64,000 nt of DNA from Nemertoderma westbladi (GCA_032718475.1 JAUCBJ010006695.1:124001-188000); one strand, 5' to 3'; positions 1-12,926 are shown, counted from the first letter of the stretch. Made by a program: numbers and translations. Notes: a model not told the origin generated them from the sequence alone.

Positions 1-1270
1 CCAGACAATGGTGATGAGCACCATGGGAGCAAGGAGGAAGAGAACAGTACTTCTCGGAGTAGTACCGGTGAGGATAATTGGAGAAAATGGACCATCAGTT
101 ACAACATTAATGTTAGTCGATAGCGGAGCAGCGTTCATGCTGATGGAGAGTTTGGTGGCCGAGAAGACAGGATTAAAGACCAGGCCAAGTAAGATGGCAG
201 TGACCACGATATCAAGCCAATACGAGGTCATGAAGAAGAGGATGGGATGGTGTAAAATTGGAGCAATAACACCAGGGTGCAACTATGGGGCTACCATCGA
301 ACCCATTCAAATAATAGAGTCGATAAACATCAACGCCAGGCGACCTACATAGATTGAGATCAAACAATACCGGTACCTGGACAGCATCGACTTCTCCGTG
401 CCTGAACTAGATTTCCCGAAAGTGAGGACATAGAGCAGAAGCCAAAGACGGACGATGGGGAGGTCCCATATGAGAAGCGGCCCAGGGAAGGATACCAGGA
501 GTCTGGGACAGGTATGGATCTGGAACCACGCATAGTGGAAAGGGTGGAGGATGAGTCCAGAGAAATACCACCGATAGAGGAGTCAGGACGAAGAGCAACA
601 GCGTACTTGGTGGACATGATTCCAAGTATGGTAGAGACACATTACTGGACAGATTCCATGGTAGTATTGGGATGGTTGCATAACGAGAAGACGCGTTATC
701 CCATATTTGTAGCGAACCGAGTGGATGAGATAAGAGCAACAACTGACTTGGACAAGTGGCACTACTGCCCAACCAACGACAATCCAGCGGACTTGCTATC
801 GAGGGGCATACTACGCCACGCTTTCTCGAGAAAGCAGGAGTTGTGGCAGCATGGCCCGCACTTCCTGAACAACAGGTCAAAGTGGCAACCAATGAGGAAG
901 GTAGATCCAAGTGCAGAGGAAGAGATAGTAGAGGATGAGGGAAACGAATCGGAGGGGGAAGAAGTATCTAGCCAGCTAGTGAAGGAGACTAAGGAGACAC
1001 CACCACGATCTACGACGATAGTGTCGTGCGATAATCCAACAGATAGGTTGCTCAGTTACAGCTCTAGCTGGTATAAGATGAAGAAGCTTACTAGCTTCCA
1101 TATCTGAGGGCTTACAGAGAATTCCTTGGGGGCTGGTGCGGGCAGCAAGGTAAGACCCACCATCGATCTGGAAGGGGTGGCTAAAGCCGTGATATGATAC
1201 GAACAAAGGAAGGGATGTGGAGACGATGTAGACCGCATCAGGAAACAGCAGCGCCTTCATCAGGACAGGC
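1..1270 (+). pseudogene. Degenerate BEL/Pao retrotransposon pol fragment (protease and RNase H pieces)
   Basis: ORF 8..352 has the aspartic protease motif LVDSGA. ORF 514..1107 has the BEL RNase H motifs YWTDSMVVLGWL, FVANRV and WHYCPTNDNPADLLSRG. Stops and deletions interrupt the frame. Confidence 0.85.
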
Positions 1271-1271
1271 T

Positions 1272-1430
1272 TTGAAATTAATACTCCATATCTCAAGAAC
1301 CTGTGGCCTAGTGGTTGTAGTCTCGGCTTCCACCTCGAGGTCCCAGGTTCGAATCCGACACCACGCTGATGAGACCCAGTAAGGTCGAAACGCGTACGTG
1401 GTTTGGAGAGATATGAGATATTAATTTCAA
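1272..1430 (+). mobile_element. tRNA-derived head fused to a hammerhead ribozyme, bracketed by a 23-bp inverted repeat (retrozyme/SINE-like)
   Basis: A-box TGGCCTAGTGG at 1304-1314 and B-box GGTTCGAATCC at 1346-1356. Hammerhead at 1361-1401. Imperfect inverted repeat 1272-1294 / 1408-1430. Confidence 0.75.
1361..1401 (+). ncRNA. Type I minimal hammerhead ribozyme
   Basis: CCACG-CTGATGA-GACC(cagtaa)GGTC-GAAA-CGC-GTA-CGTGG: intact core, stem I CCACG/CGTGG, stem II GACC/GGTC, palindromic ACGCGT stem III, GUA cleavage triplet. Confidence 0.85.
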
Positions 1431-2269
1431 GAAAAATTACACGATTCTTAAATTTGTACACTACCCGGTTAAAAAGTACGCATGTGATGGGATTAGTCCT
1501 ACAATTGCGCCAATAAAAGATAAGTTATTTTCGGTAAAATAAACTTATCATTCGAGGTAAAGACCCCTAGATCCCTTCCTATAATAAATCTATAATAACA
1601 AACACCTCGAAAAATACAGCTTGCCAACACATTGTTACTATCAATAATCAAATGACGGATCTCACTGACATGCCATACACATGCATGAGGCCCGAAAGAA
1701 GTGTGTGGAGAGTCACAGTGAAAGGGGGTTGAGTATGAGAGAATCGTGGGGGGAAAATACTGGGGTTCAGGGAAAGAAAGGAGTGCGAGGTCCAAGTGTG
1801 GGGAGCGAGCATAGAGTGGGTATAGAGTCCTATGGGACTAGTGAGCGAGGAGAATGGACAATCGAGTCCGAGACATAAAATTGTTGTGAGGAGTGAGGGC
1901 GATCGTCTAAAATGAGACGCCAGATGCCTTGGTACAGCTTAGCTCGCAGATGTACCAAGGATGGTACCCGAGAAGATAATTCCACCCCACATCCAATACT
2001 AGATTGGATTCCAGCGGAATTGGAGTGCACTTAAGGTTGATGCTATCTTCTCACCGGGAAGATAGCATGGGGAGGGGGTGTAAGCGGTTCCAATTCACTG
2101 CACTACCCAGTGGAAAATGGGGAAAGTGGCTTTTTACCAATTATAGTTGGCTAGGTGACATTAGCAATATAATATCACCTAACAACCAACAGCAATATAA
2201 TGTCACCTAACAACCAACAAAGGCAATATACATTGCCAGCCACAAGTAGAGATGAGAGGCTACAAGCCA

Positions 2270-3045
2270 TCTCAGTACCCATCGAGGGGCGTGGCATGCC
2301 ACACTTTCTCAAAGAAGGAAGTGTTGTGGCAGCACGGGCCACACTTCCTGAACAATAGATCAGCCTGGCCACCAATGAAGAAGGTGGGCCTGGTTTCAGA
2401 GGAAGTAGCACCAGGGGAAGAGGGAGAAGATTCAGAAGGTGAAGAGATATATAGTCAGATGGTGAGGGAAGTCAGGGAGGTGCAACCGAAATTAGAAGAG
2501 CCATGCGAAAACCCGACGGATAGGCTACTCAGCTACAGCTCTAGCTGGTACAAGACCAAGAAGTTGGTAGCGTACTGGAGGGCCTAACGGGGATTTCCTC
2601 AAGGGAGTTGGTAAGGACGCCAAGAGGAAACCAAATATCGATCTGGAGGGAGCGGATAAGGCCGTGATATGGTATGAACAGAGAAAGAACTATGGCGACG
2701 AAGTGGATCGGGTCAGCAAACAACAACACCTTCGTCGGGACAGCGAGCTCATCACGTTGTCACCACAACTCAACGATGACGGGATTCTGGTGATGAATTC
2801 CAGAGTGCTGAACAACAACAGCCTTATCATCCCACCAAAACCCATTATCATCCCCTACAGATCGCCGATAGTCCACCAGATCATTTGGGACTCCCAGAAG
2901 TCGATATTGCGCGGAGGCACCAACCAGACCCTCACGGAGATACGGAGGACCTTCTGGATCGCGCAGCTAAAAAAGAAGGTGAAGGCGGTAGTGGGGCAGT
3001 GCCAGACCTGCCGACGGACGAGAAAGGAGCGGGCCCTACAGGAGG
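2270..3045 (+). pseudogene. Second degenerate BEL/Pao pol fragment (RNase H end to integrase N-terminal zinc-binding region)
   Basis: LWQHGPHFLNNRS and NPTDRLLSYSSSWYK are paralogous to 800-1260. GGTNQTLTEIRRTFWI...CQTC is an integrase HHCC remnant. Confidence 0.8.
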
Positions 3046-3051
3046 GATTTA

Positions 3052-3217
3052 GGACAATTCGGTCCCGGACTATTCGGTCTGGACAATTCGGTCCCGGACA
3101 ATTCGGTCCCGGACAATTCGGTCCCAAAACACTAAATAAATGGGACCGAATTGTCCGGGACCGAATTGTCCGGAACCGAATTGTCCTAGGACCGAATTGT
3201 CCTAGGACCGAATTGTT
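3052..3217. repeat. Palindromic array of the 15-bp unit GGACAATTCGGTCCC (5 direct plus 5 inverted copies), probable MITE-like remnant
   Basis: Direct copies at 3052-3125 and reverse-complement copies at 3142-3217. The GPGQF peptide repeats in the ORF track come from this array. Confidence 0.85.
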
Positions 3218-4429
3218 AAACTTCTTAGTGCTTTTTTGATATTGGTGAATGTTCTAGAACATTAGTAGAAATATTTGTTATGGTAGCTAGTGTTATTTAC
3301 TTGCTAGAATTTTTTGAAATTTTAAAAATACTGTATTTCTAGCACGAGGGCACAGGGGAACAGGGAGTGCCATAGGAAGGATAGGTTAGCCAATGGTGGG
3401 GCAGAACACCATCTAATGGGATGCATCCATTGGCCGGGCTACACAGCAACTACCTATATTCTATATGTGTTAGTAATATAACCATTGCATTTACAGTATT
3501 ACCTGTTGTTTAGTTGGTTTGTGTAGAGTGTGGAAGCAAGACAGTTTAGACCATCGTAAATAACCGTGCTATTATTATATTCTGATTGTATTATTATTGA
3601 ATTCTTGTCAGATTGTAAAAAATTTGGTCAACGGCGCCGGGCGCGCACTCTGCCAACCACGCGACCTGCTGGCATGCCTATTCAACACGCAGTACTGGTA
3701 CTGTGTTTACTTTCCGCAATAATTTTTCTTGTCCGTTTAAATCACTCATAATGTCCTCTTTTTTTTACTTTTATGTCCTCCAGAAATCTACCGTTAGGTT
3801 CCATGCTACCGGTTTTTCTACTGCTGTTCTCTTAGGCTATCAGTACCTGTATCCTGTATTTGTATATAGAGTCAGTATTTTGCAGTATTGCTGTATTGTA
3901 CAATGTAGGTATAAAGCTTAGAAAAAAAATTATATACACGTAGCATTATAATACTCAGCTACTGTACGATAGATTCTGATACCGCCACCGGTACTCTGAT
4001 ATGTAGCCTAAACAGTTGTAAATGAGAGAATGATGGTAATTAATAAACTTATTTCACAATTTTAGTACCGGCTGACCACGCAACCTTTTAATTTTAAATA
4101 ATTAATAAATTTTAGATAATTGATACATATCTGGATAATACATTTAAAATGGATCATGACTCCTGTAATGTTATGGGTAGCTGTAGTGGTACCTCTAAAT
4201 CTATAATGTAGTTCTAAACTAACAGATCAGTCCACATAAAATGTGTTCGAAAAATCTACTTACTGTATTACTCATTTGATAGCGAAAACACACTGATATC
4301 GAAAAGATCGGGCCGGTTTTAGCAAAAAAGCAAAGAGGTTGTCCCAATAAAGGATATATACAACTGTACATAATGTAAAATATTGCCGCCATAAAATGTT
4401 CGTTTTCCTCAATTGGTAAAGTGTATCGT

Positions 4430-4910
4430 TTGTTGTTTTGGTTAGAAAGTTCCGTTTCTGTAACCTGCTCCTTTCCCCAATTGCTAATGTGATCGTTTAT
4501 TATTTTGGCTAGAAACACCCGCTTCTGTAACCTGCTTCTTGCCCTCAAATGTGATTGTTTATTATTGTTTTGGTTAGAATTTAGAAAAGCCCGCCTCTGT
4601 AACCTGCTCCTTTCCCCCAATTGGTATAGTGATCGTTTATTGTTTTATTTAGAAAAGCCCGCCTCTGTAACCTGCTCCTTTCCCTGAATTATTCAAATGA
4701 TCGTTTATTGTTTTGGTTAGAAAAGCATGCCTCCGTGACCTGCTCATTTCCCTGATGACTGTTTATTGGTTTGGTTAGAAAATCTCGCCTCTGTAACCTG
4801 CTCCTTTCCCTCAATTTTTGTTAAATGATCGTTTATTGTTTTGGTTAGAAATTCCCGCCTCTGTAACGTGCTCCTTTACCTGATTTGGTAAAGTGACCGT
4901 TTATTGTTTT
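4430..4910. repeat. Degenerate ~60-bp tandem repeat
   Basis: About 7 copies of TTAGAAA..CGCCTCTGTAACCTGCTCCTTTCCC...TGATCGTTTATTGTTTTGG. Confidence 0.85.
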
Positions 4911-5070
4911 GCAAGCATATATCAAATGCTTGTAGCTAAAGTTCGAAAGCGAAAATATAAATTATGACTCGCCTACACTTAAGTCGGGAGTTTATACTAT
5001 CTCTTTGAAGGGAATTTGGGGGGTGGGGTCTCGTGCTTGAATTAAGACTACTATACTAGGATCGGCATGC

Positions 5071-6558
5071 TACGGAGCCCCTAAAAAGGGACATGATAAA
5101 TTTTTTTTTTTCGCTAACTCGTACGAAAGAACGACTTAGTATGTCGTGCGAACGACTTAATAGGTCGTGCGAACGACTTACTAAGTCGTACGAACGACTT
5201 AACTAACTCATGCGAACGACACACTAACTCGTGCGAACGACTTACTAAGTCGTGCGAACGACATACTAAGTCGTGCGAAGGACATACTAAGTCGTGCGAA
5301 CGACATACTAAGTCGTGCGAACGACATACTAAGTCGTGCGAACGACTTAACAATCTCGTGCGAACGACATACTAAGTCGTGGGAACGACTTACTAAGTCA
5401 AGTCGTGCGAACGACTTAACTAACGTGTGCAAATGACTTAGTAACTCGTGCGAACGACATACTAAGTCGTGCGAACGACATACTAAGACGGGCAAACGCG
5501 GGATTTTCAATTCAATCTACAGCATTTGTTGATGGCTTTATTGGTTGAAAATATTATTATCAATGGCTGAACGCGCTCTGTTAATATCGACGTACTTTAA
5601 CTTTAGGCCGACAATACAACCGACATACTGTAGCAAATTATAATATCTTTAACATATTAATTTTATTTTAACTTATTCAGTAAATAGCTGTATTATCTAC
5701 GTTCAGCGCTGTTAGATAAGCTGATTATAGTGTCAGGTGTTGTTGCTGTGTTACTAAGCAACATTCCCATCTCACTATTGTATCGAACAGCTGTAGTCGA
5801 AATCTCGGTTTTGGGGGGAGGAGGTGAGATAGGTCCTACTATTTAGAGTATTGTACAATATTGTGACTCCGCCACAATATTCGATTTAAATAAAGTACGT
5901 ACCCGTATTTCACTTTCAGGCTCTCGTTCCATATTTCACTCAGTTGCTTGCGCTCGTTCTTAATAAAATTAATTCGAATAAGTAATGCGTAACATCGCCC
6001 TAATGAAACCAGTGAGTGCATTGATGGATATTCCCGGAAAATGATTTGGTTGAACGTGTATAACACCAATAATGACAGTCAATTTATCGGGGACTACTGC
6101 TTGGAAGCGATAACTGAGGAAAAGGGTAACTGAGAAAAAGGGTGCTCCGCGGATTGTTCGTGGGGATTTTGGAACAGAAAATGTTCGCGTTCGAGACTTT
6201 CAGAAGTTCATCCGTAGAGATCACACTGACAATATGCAACATACCTGTTACATACATCGATGGCGCAAGCACAGCTTAGGATAATTTCATTATTTAGTTT
6301 TAAAGCAGATGAAATTTGTCCGTATGTTAGGCCTAAGTTAAAGTACGTCGATATTAACAGAGCGCGTTCAGCCATTGATAATAATATTTTCAACCAATAA
6401 TGCCATCAACAACAATGGTGTAGATTGAATTGAAAATCCCGCTAAAAAGGTTGTACTTTTATTACCAGTATTATTTAGCCAATCAAAGTAAAGTTAGTAA
6501 GTCGTTTGCACGAGTTACTAAGTCGTTCGCACGCGTTAGTTAAGTCGTTCGCACGACT
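5071..6558. mobile_element. Rearranged IS3EU-like DNA transposon remnant with 21-bp subterminal repeats
   Basis: Begins TACGGAGCCCCT. The 21-bp repeats (GTCGTGCGAACGACATACTAA) run 5115-5485 and recur inverted at 6495-6558. Segment 5500-5605 is inverted at 6330-6440. An internal DDE transposase fragment is present. Confidence 0.65.
6015..6276 (+). pseudogene. Integrase-like DDE transposase fragment (IS3EU/IS481-like)
   Basis: Manual translation gives CIDGYSRKMIWLNVYNTNND ... GAPRIVRGDFGTENVRVRDFQKFIRRDH ... DGASTA, frameshifted. It is not in the ORF track. Confidence 0.75.
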
Positions 6559-6885
6559 TCTGTATTCCCCTTTATAATATAATATATTTTTGCTTCTGTT
6601 ATATACGAAACATACTGTAAAGCGGGGAGCGTGCCTGGATAATGTTTATTTATTTATTTACTTTGGTGCATCATTTCCCCCTTTATAATATAATATATTT
6701 TTGCTTCTGTTATTTAGTTTGTTGCACTAGATCTTGAAATCTACTGTATATTAAATTCACTACTTATATTACCCTTATACAGTAGGCCTAGGTCTTCTGC
6801 AGTTTCCATACCTTACTACTGTACCGGTCACATTATGTAGGTTTTAACTATATTTTACTGCTCTTATGTAGTTGAATTAAATTTT

Positions 6886-6924
6886 GGTCCTGACGATACC
6901 CCAACAGGGGGAAATATATTGACC
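6886..6924 (+). ncRNA. Degenerate minimal hammerhead-like motif (Penelope-like pLTR type)
   Basis: GGTC-CTGACGA-taCCCC(aaca)GGGG-GAAA-TATA-TT-GACC: stem I GGTC/GACC and a palindromic stem III. The base of stem II is non-canonical. Confidence 0.55.
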
Positions 6925-7404
6925 GTTAATTTACAACATTTACAACATTTTAAACTGGGTAATAAACCCCCTGCACCCCCCCCCCCCCCCCCCAACAATT
7001 ATCTACTGATCTAGACACACATGTCAAACCTACTCACCTAATTCAGTAAGTCAGTAAGTAGTACTGTAGTAGGCCTACCTGTTTCAGTGTTTAGCTGTTG
7101 GCCCTAACTAGGCGTGGTGTACCGTTACCGTTGTGTACCGTTGTCGTTGTCGTAGGCGAATATGTCCCCCGCCTGCCCGCGCGGAATGCCCCCCTGCCCC
7201 GTATACTGCAGTAGGCCCAGCCAGCACTTTAACTTGGATTTATTTTTTTTTTTTTTTTTGGTTAGGGTTAATTGGTCAGGCCCAAACCAGCAAACCCTAT
7301 TTAGAACTGTCATATAACCTAAGTCATAAGCAAGGCTCTAATGTACGGAAGCCCAAAGTGGCCAGACAACCACACACACATCATTTTTCATTTTATGGGT
7401 GTTG

Positions 7405-7790
7405 GGGTATGTGTGTGGTTCTCCAGTTGAGTGTGTGGTTGTCCAGTTGTGTGTGTGGTTGTCCAGTTGTGTGTGTGGTTGTCCAGCTGTGTGTGTGGTT
7501 GTCCAGTTGTGTGTGTGGTTGTCCAGTTGTGTGTGTGGTTGTCCAGTTATGTGTGTGGTCGTCCAGTTGTGTGTGTGGTCGTCCAGTTGTGTGTGTGGTC
7601 GTCCAGTTGCGGTCAGCCTAAACACCCAACTACACCCAACTTTCACCCAACTACACCCAACTACACCCAACTTTCACCCAACTACACCCAACTTTCACCC
7701 AACTACACCCAACTTTCACCCAACTACACCCAACTTTCAGCCAACTACACCCACACAGTTCCACCCCACTACACCCAACTTCCACTGCAC
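7405..7790. repeat. Adjacent minisatellites: 20-bp GTGTGTGGTTGTCCAGTTGT and 21-bp TTCACCCAACTACACCCAACT
   Basis: Direct reading of the sequence. Related copies lie at 10520-10730, 12110-12265 (reverse) and 13005-13170 (reverse). Confidence 0.9.
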
Positions 7791-9039
7791 ATCCACTTCC
7801 ACTCTGCATCCAACTTACACAAAACTATACCTACTGTATGGCACCAAACTTCCACAAATTACAATATGTACAGTAACAAACTCTTCGAGGAATTGCTGAG
7901 ATATGAGCTTTTAAATGTTTCATGTACTGTGTGTTGCCCCCACTGCTGAGCAATTATGAAAATAACAAACTAACGTTTTATATTTATTGCAGTTTGGTTC
8001 TAGAATAATTGATGCATTTAGCAATAAATATGCAAAGGAGAGACGCAGAGACTATTGACGAACGATCCAAGCTACAGTATAAAACTAAACTGGCGCTGTG
8101 GGATTGTGGTGAAAATTAAAACGGTATTGATACACAGGGGGGTCACCGTCACAGCCTTAACGACGAAATCGCATTGGAAACTTCTGTTATGGGAATAGCA
8201 ATGCAGATAATTCGTACAAAGTTCTATATTATACAGTATGTTTAATGCAATTATAATAATGTAATTATCCTTTATGTATCATAGAATACAAGAAAAAGAA
8301 CTGTAACATTATTTTCAGCAGCTTTATTTTAATCTTGGGCCCATGTAAACACTTTCTGCCGTTATATATTTCACTTTGCAGTTGCCCCCATGTGAAGAAT
8401 CCCAGGTTTTCATTAAAATCACAGGTTACAAAAGGGCTGAATCTAACCAAAACAATAAACGAAATTTAGCCGTATCAAAACGAAACGTATCAAAAAGATA
8501 AATTAAAAAAAATAAAAAATCTTCATACATAAAATTCCAATAAAATGTCGACCGAAAAGTGAAATCCTGGTATTATTCACATGGGCGAACTTTATGGCCT
8601 TTATATTAATTAATTTTTAACGAAACAACAGCAATAATTTTAGAACATTTTACTTTTTTGATAAACTAAAAGGGGATCTGGTAAGATCTGTACAGGTCAA
8701 GGGAATTTCTGCAAGGAACTTATTATGATCTTCACATACAGGCGATGCCAGAATGGACAAGATCTCTACAGTATGAGAATCGATAAGATCGTTATACATT
8801 ACAGATCTTACAGTAGTAGAAATAATAATTCATCACACTAGGGTAGAGAATTGCAGACGTTGATCAACGTAATCATATAGACGCGGCTTGTGGTCTCTAG
8901 TACATACTGTACAGTATATGTACAGTAGGATATGACAATATTCAGCTTATTTTATTACAAACAACGAAATGGGAGAAGTTTATTTAATCTTTCAGACATT
9001 CCACCCATTCGAAAATCCTCATGTGATCAACATTGAGGT

Positions 9040-9320
9040 TTCCAAACTAATGTGTGCATTGTACTTGACACAATGAACCCGGCGTAGCATTCTTGTGAAT
9101 GTGCCATCCAGAGATTTGGTGTCCTCAGCAGTTAGAGCCCAGCATGGACTCCCGTAGAGGAGTACTGGAACTACTGCTGCTCTAAATAATCGGACCTTGA
9201 GTTTCCGATTAATTCTCGGTGACTTCCAAATCCTGGAAAGCCTATTCAAGGCTGCCCATGCCTTTCCCTTACGTATTCGAAGGTCCTCACCTGACTTCCG
9301 GATCCATGATCCCAGGTACA
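9040..9320 (-). pseudogene. Non-LTR retrotransposon (RTE-like) RT C-terminal fragment
   Basis: YLGSWI...DLRIRKGKAWAALNRLSRIWKS...KVRLFRAAVVPVLLYGS..WALT. Another piece lies near 10060-10240. Confidence 0.8.
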
Positions 9321-12300
9321 GTACAGGCCACCAGAAAAAGCAGATTTCATCCAATGTGATCACATGTGAACACATTTGTTCAAGTCATCTGATTGGCAGG
9401 TTATGGCGAGTTATCTAGCTAACTTGCTGGGACCGACAAAGGCTTAGTGTGCGGTGCGCCTGTATCTCTGATATCAGGTAGATGAGAGACAGGACGTAAC
9501 ATTGCGGACATGGGATGTATTGGTAGAGAGAGAACTACATACAAGACCACATGGAGGTTCATGGAGTGTATGGGAGTGGATGGGTATATGGATGGACGAG
9601 CCTAGACCATTGAATAATTAATTTAGTGCAGGGAGATGTCGCGCCATTAGTCTGACACCGAGAGGGCACAGAGAAACACCAGAAGATGGCTTAACATCTC
9701 TAACTATAGGCCTGCCTACTAGACACTATTAACCGCACACTATAAAGGTAAACAAAATCCTTATCGCATTTCCAGCTGCAGTGAGTGACAGTTCGCGGCA
9801 AACTACAGAGAGTTTCCAGATTACTAAGCGTTTCAAAAGTATTCAATTGTATCCTTTGGCGAAAAAATTTTGGTTGTTGCCAATTCAATTATGTTCAATT
9901 ATGTTCAATTGTCCCGTTCAACAACATTACATTACACTGGTACACATTTGATAAAATGTGTTCACAATTGTACAAATCTGCGTTTTCTGGTGGCCTGTAC
10001 TGTAACAGAAGTTGTCCACATGCTCAAGCATACCATCCTTTGAGCTTATGCTCATCCGATCAGAGACTTGCTGAGGACTTTCAAAGTTAACTGTCAAAAT
10101 TGTGGTCTTTCTGGAGGTAATAAAAAGACCAACACTAGAAGCAGAATGTTCTAATGAGCTGAGGAGCCGTTGGGCTCCCTCTAATGATTCTGAGAGTACT
10201 CCTAAGTCATCAGCAAAGTCTATCTGATCAACATTGAGGTTTCCAAGCTAAATTCTCACATGTGAATGAATAATATGTCACACACTTTAGGTATGTTGCT
10301 ACATAGTCGGATCCCAAGTGGGGTTTCTCATCGGGCTTTAATGTGGATCAGTTGGCGAAAATCTTTAAAAGTTACTTACGAATGAATTTTTCATTACAGA
10401 CAGACAAGCGGACAGAACGACCGACTGGAGATGAAATTTTGCCCTATTTTTACTAATTGCAATTGTGCGCTAAGGCTTGCCCTGACTGCGTGACTCGTCC
10501 CACAGAACACCAAACTCTCCAACCAACTACACCTAACTTTGACTCACTTTCACCCAACTACACTCCACTTCCACCCAACTCTCACCCAACTACACCCAAC
10601 TTTCAGCCAACTACCCCCAACAACACCCAACTTTCACCCAACTACACCCAATTCTCCACCCAACTACACCCAACTATCACCCAACTACAGTACACTCAAC
10701 ATTGTCTCACTTCCACCCAACTACACTTACCTTTCACCACTTTCTCGCAGGTCAGGATTTTTGAAAATAAAAAATTATAAAGCAAATTATAAAATTGTCA
10801 AAAACCATACAAATCCTAATCTACGTCGCTTTTTTGGATGTGAAGATGAGTAGGACATACAGTACAATATATCTAATGTTTAGTTCTGAGGCATAACAGC
10901 GAGAACATGCGAGCCACGTAGTAAAGGCGAGCCTTAACGCACTATGATAATTAGTAAATACTGGAAAATTTATTTCGAGTTATTATCATATTCGAGTTAG
11001 TGAAATATTGAAACGAGGGACCGAAGTGAGATAAAAGTACATTATACACTATAATACGTTGTTTTATTGTTAAATTTCTTGATTACTTAACGCTCGTCTA
11101 TGGACGAGCCGCAAATAATCCATCTATCTACTGTATTTACGGCTTGTCCAAGGACAAGCGTTAAGTAATTCAGAAATTTAACAATAAAATATTATAATTA
11201 TCCTTTTTGTATCATATTACAAGAAAGATTGTAACATAGTCTTTATTTTCAACAGTTTTATTCTAAACTTCGTGGCCTTTATATTAATTTGATCTTATCT
11301 TTCGTTTATTATTTTGGTTCCATGATAAATTTATTATTCGCCTATATTATACAGAAAGTACTTTATTTTCTAACCATTAAGATTGGATCAGGGAGCCAAA
11401 TGGAGTGTAAACTTGATACATGTAAAATGTAATGAGAAATGTAAAAAGTTCTAAAATTATTTCTGTTGTTTCGTTAAAAATTAATTAATACAGTATAAAG
11501 GCCATAAAGTTTAAGATAAAGAAGCTGAAAATAATGTTACAGTTTATTTTCTTGTATTCTATGATACATAAAGGATAATTACATTATTATAATTTCATTA
11601 AACATACTGTATAATATAGAACTTATGTCCATTAACTTTGTACGAATTATCTGCATTGCTATTCCCACAGCAGAAGTTTCCAATAATGCGATTTCGTCGT
11701 TAAGGCTGTGAAGGTGACCCTCCTGTGTATCAATACCGTTTTCATTTTCACCGCAATCCCACAGCGCCAGTTTAGTTTGTACTGTAGCTTTAGTTTGGAG
11801 TTTTGATGCGTGGTATGTGTAGACATCTATAGGTATCTGGATCGTTCGTCAATAGTCTCTGTGTCTCTCCTTTGTATATTTATTGCTAAATTCATCAATT
11901 ATTCTAGAATCAACCTGCAATAAAAATAAAATGTTAGTTAGTTATTTTCATAATTGCAGGACAGTGATGGCAAAATACAGCACGAGTACATGCAACTTTT
12001 AAAAGTTCATATCTCAGCAATTCCTCAAAGAAGTTCAGAGTTTGTTACTGTACATGTTTGGTGTAAGTTGGATGCTGTTGTGTTGAACGTGAAGTTGGGT
12101 GTATTTGCAGAGTTGGGTGTAGATGGGTGGTATAGTTGGGTGTAGTTGGTGAAAGTTGGGTGTAGCTGTGTAGTTGGGTGGTAGTTGGGTGAAAGTTGGG
12201 TGTAGTTGGGTGAAAGTTGGGTGTAGTTGGGTGTAGTTGTGTGAAAGTTGGGTGTAGTTGGGTGATTAGGCTGACCCTCCAGTTGTTTACTGGTCAACCA

Positions 12301-12687
12301 CACACACACACACACCCCTGCACTAAGTGCTCCAAAGAGGCCAACCATTCATTGGTTCGATTTTGACACTTTATTATTGTAATTGGTAGGGGGAAATTTG
12401 AAATTTAATGAAATTCAATCGACCTATTGTTGATGTTGCGGTACCGGTATTAGTTTTATATTGCAGGTATTATTATCGCTTCCGGTCCGGCGTCTATGCT
12501 CTACCCTGCAGATACTAAAACTACAGTAATGCTGCAATTTTTGTTTGTTATTCCGATTTCTCGTTATGTTTTGTACTCAGTGTGGAGTAAATCTCGTCGA
12601 TTCTGCGAAATTATGTCACCAGTGTGGAACAAAAGTTGTAGGTATCGGCAATGAATCATTTACAGGTGCTGCTACCAGCTACCAAAC

Positions 12688-12926
12688 GGCGGGGTAGCTC
12701 AGTTGGTTGAGCGCCGGGCCTGCAATCTATTGGTTGTAGGTTCAGCCCCGCCAGGGTCCACTCAGCCTTTCATCCACTGGGGTCGATGAAATGAGTACCA
12801 GTTAAATAACTGGGAGCAAATCTTGGGATAGGAGTAGCACCCACCCCTACCCTCGGGTAGTAGCTATCGAAAGAGGAGCCTTCGGGCCGCCTCCGGCTTC
12901 GGCCAACTGTTTGCTTTTTGTTTTTT
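12688..12926 (+). mobile_element. tRNA-derived SINE
   Basis: A-box TAGCTCAGTTGG and degenerate B-box GGTTCAGCCCC. Central ACTCAGCCTTTCATCC...AAATGAGTACC, hairpin 3' region and T-rich tail. Absent from the inverted partner arm. Confidence 0.75.

Noticed and set aside
1300-1360. Functional tRNA gene (also 12688 and 52043)
   Set aside because: There is no proper acceptor stem, and each continues into SINE or ribozyme sequence.
7133-7949. Cys/Val-rich and Thr/His-rich ORFs (also 10457-10853, 12911-13306, 5114-5510, 59054-59392)
   Set aside because: These are translations of minisatellites that are open in several frames.
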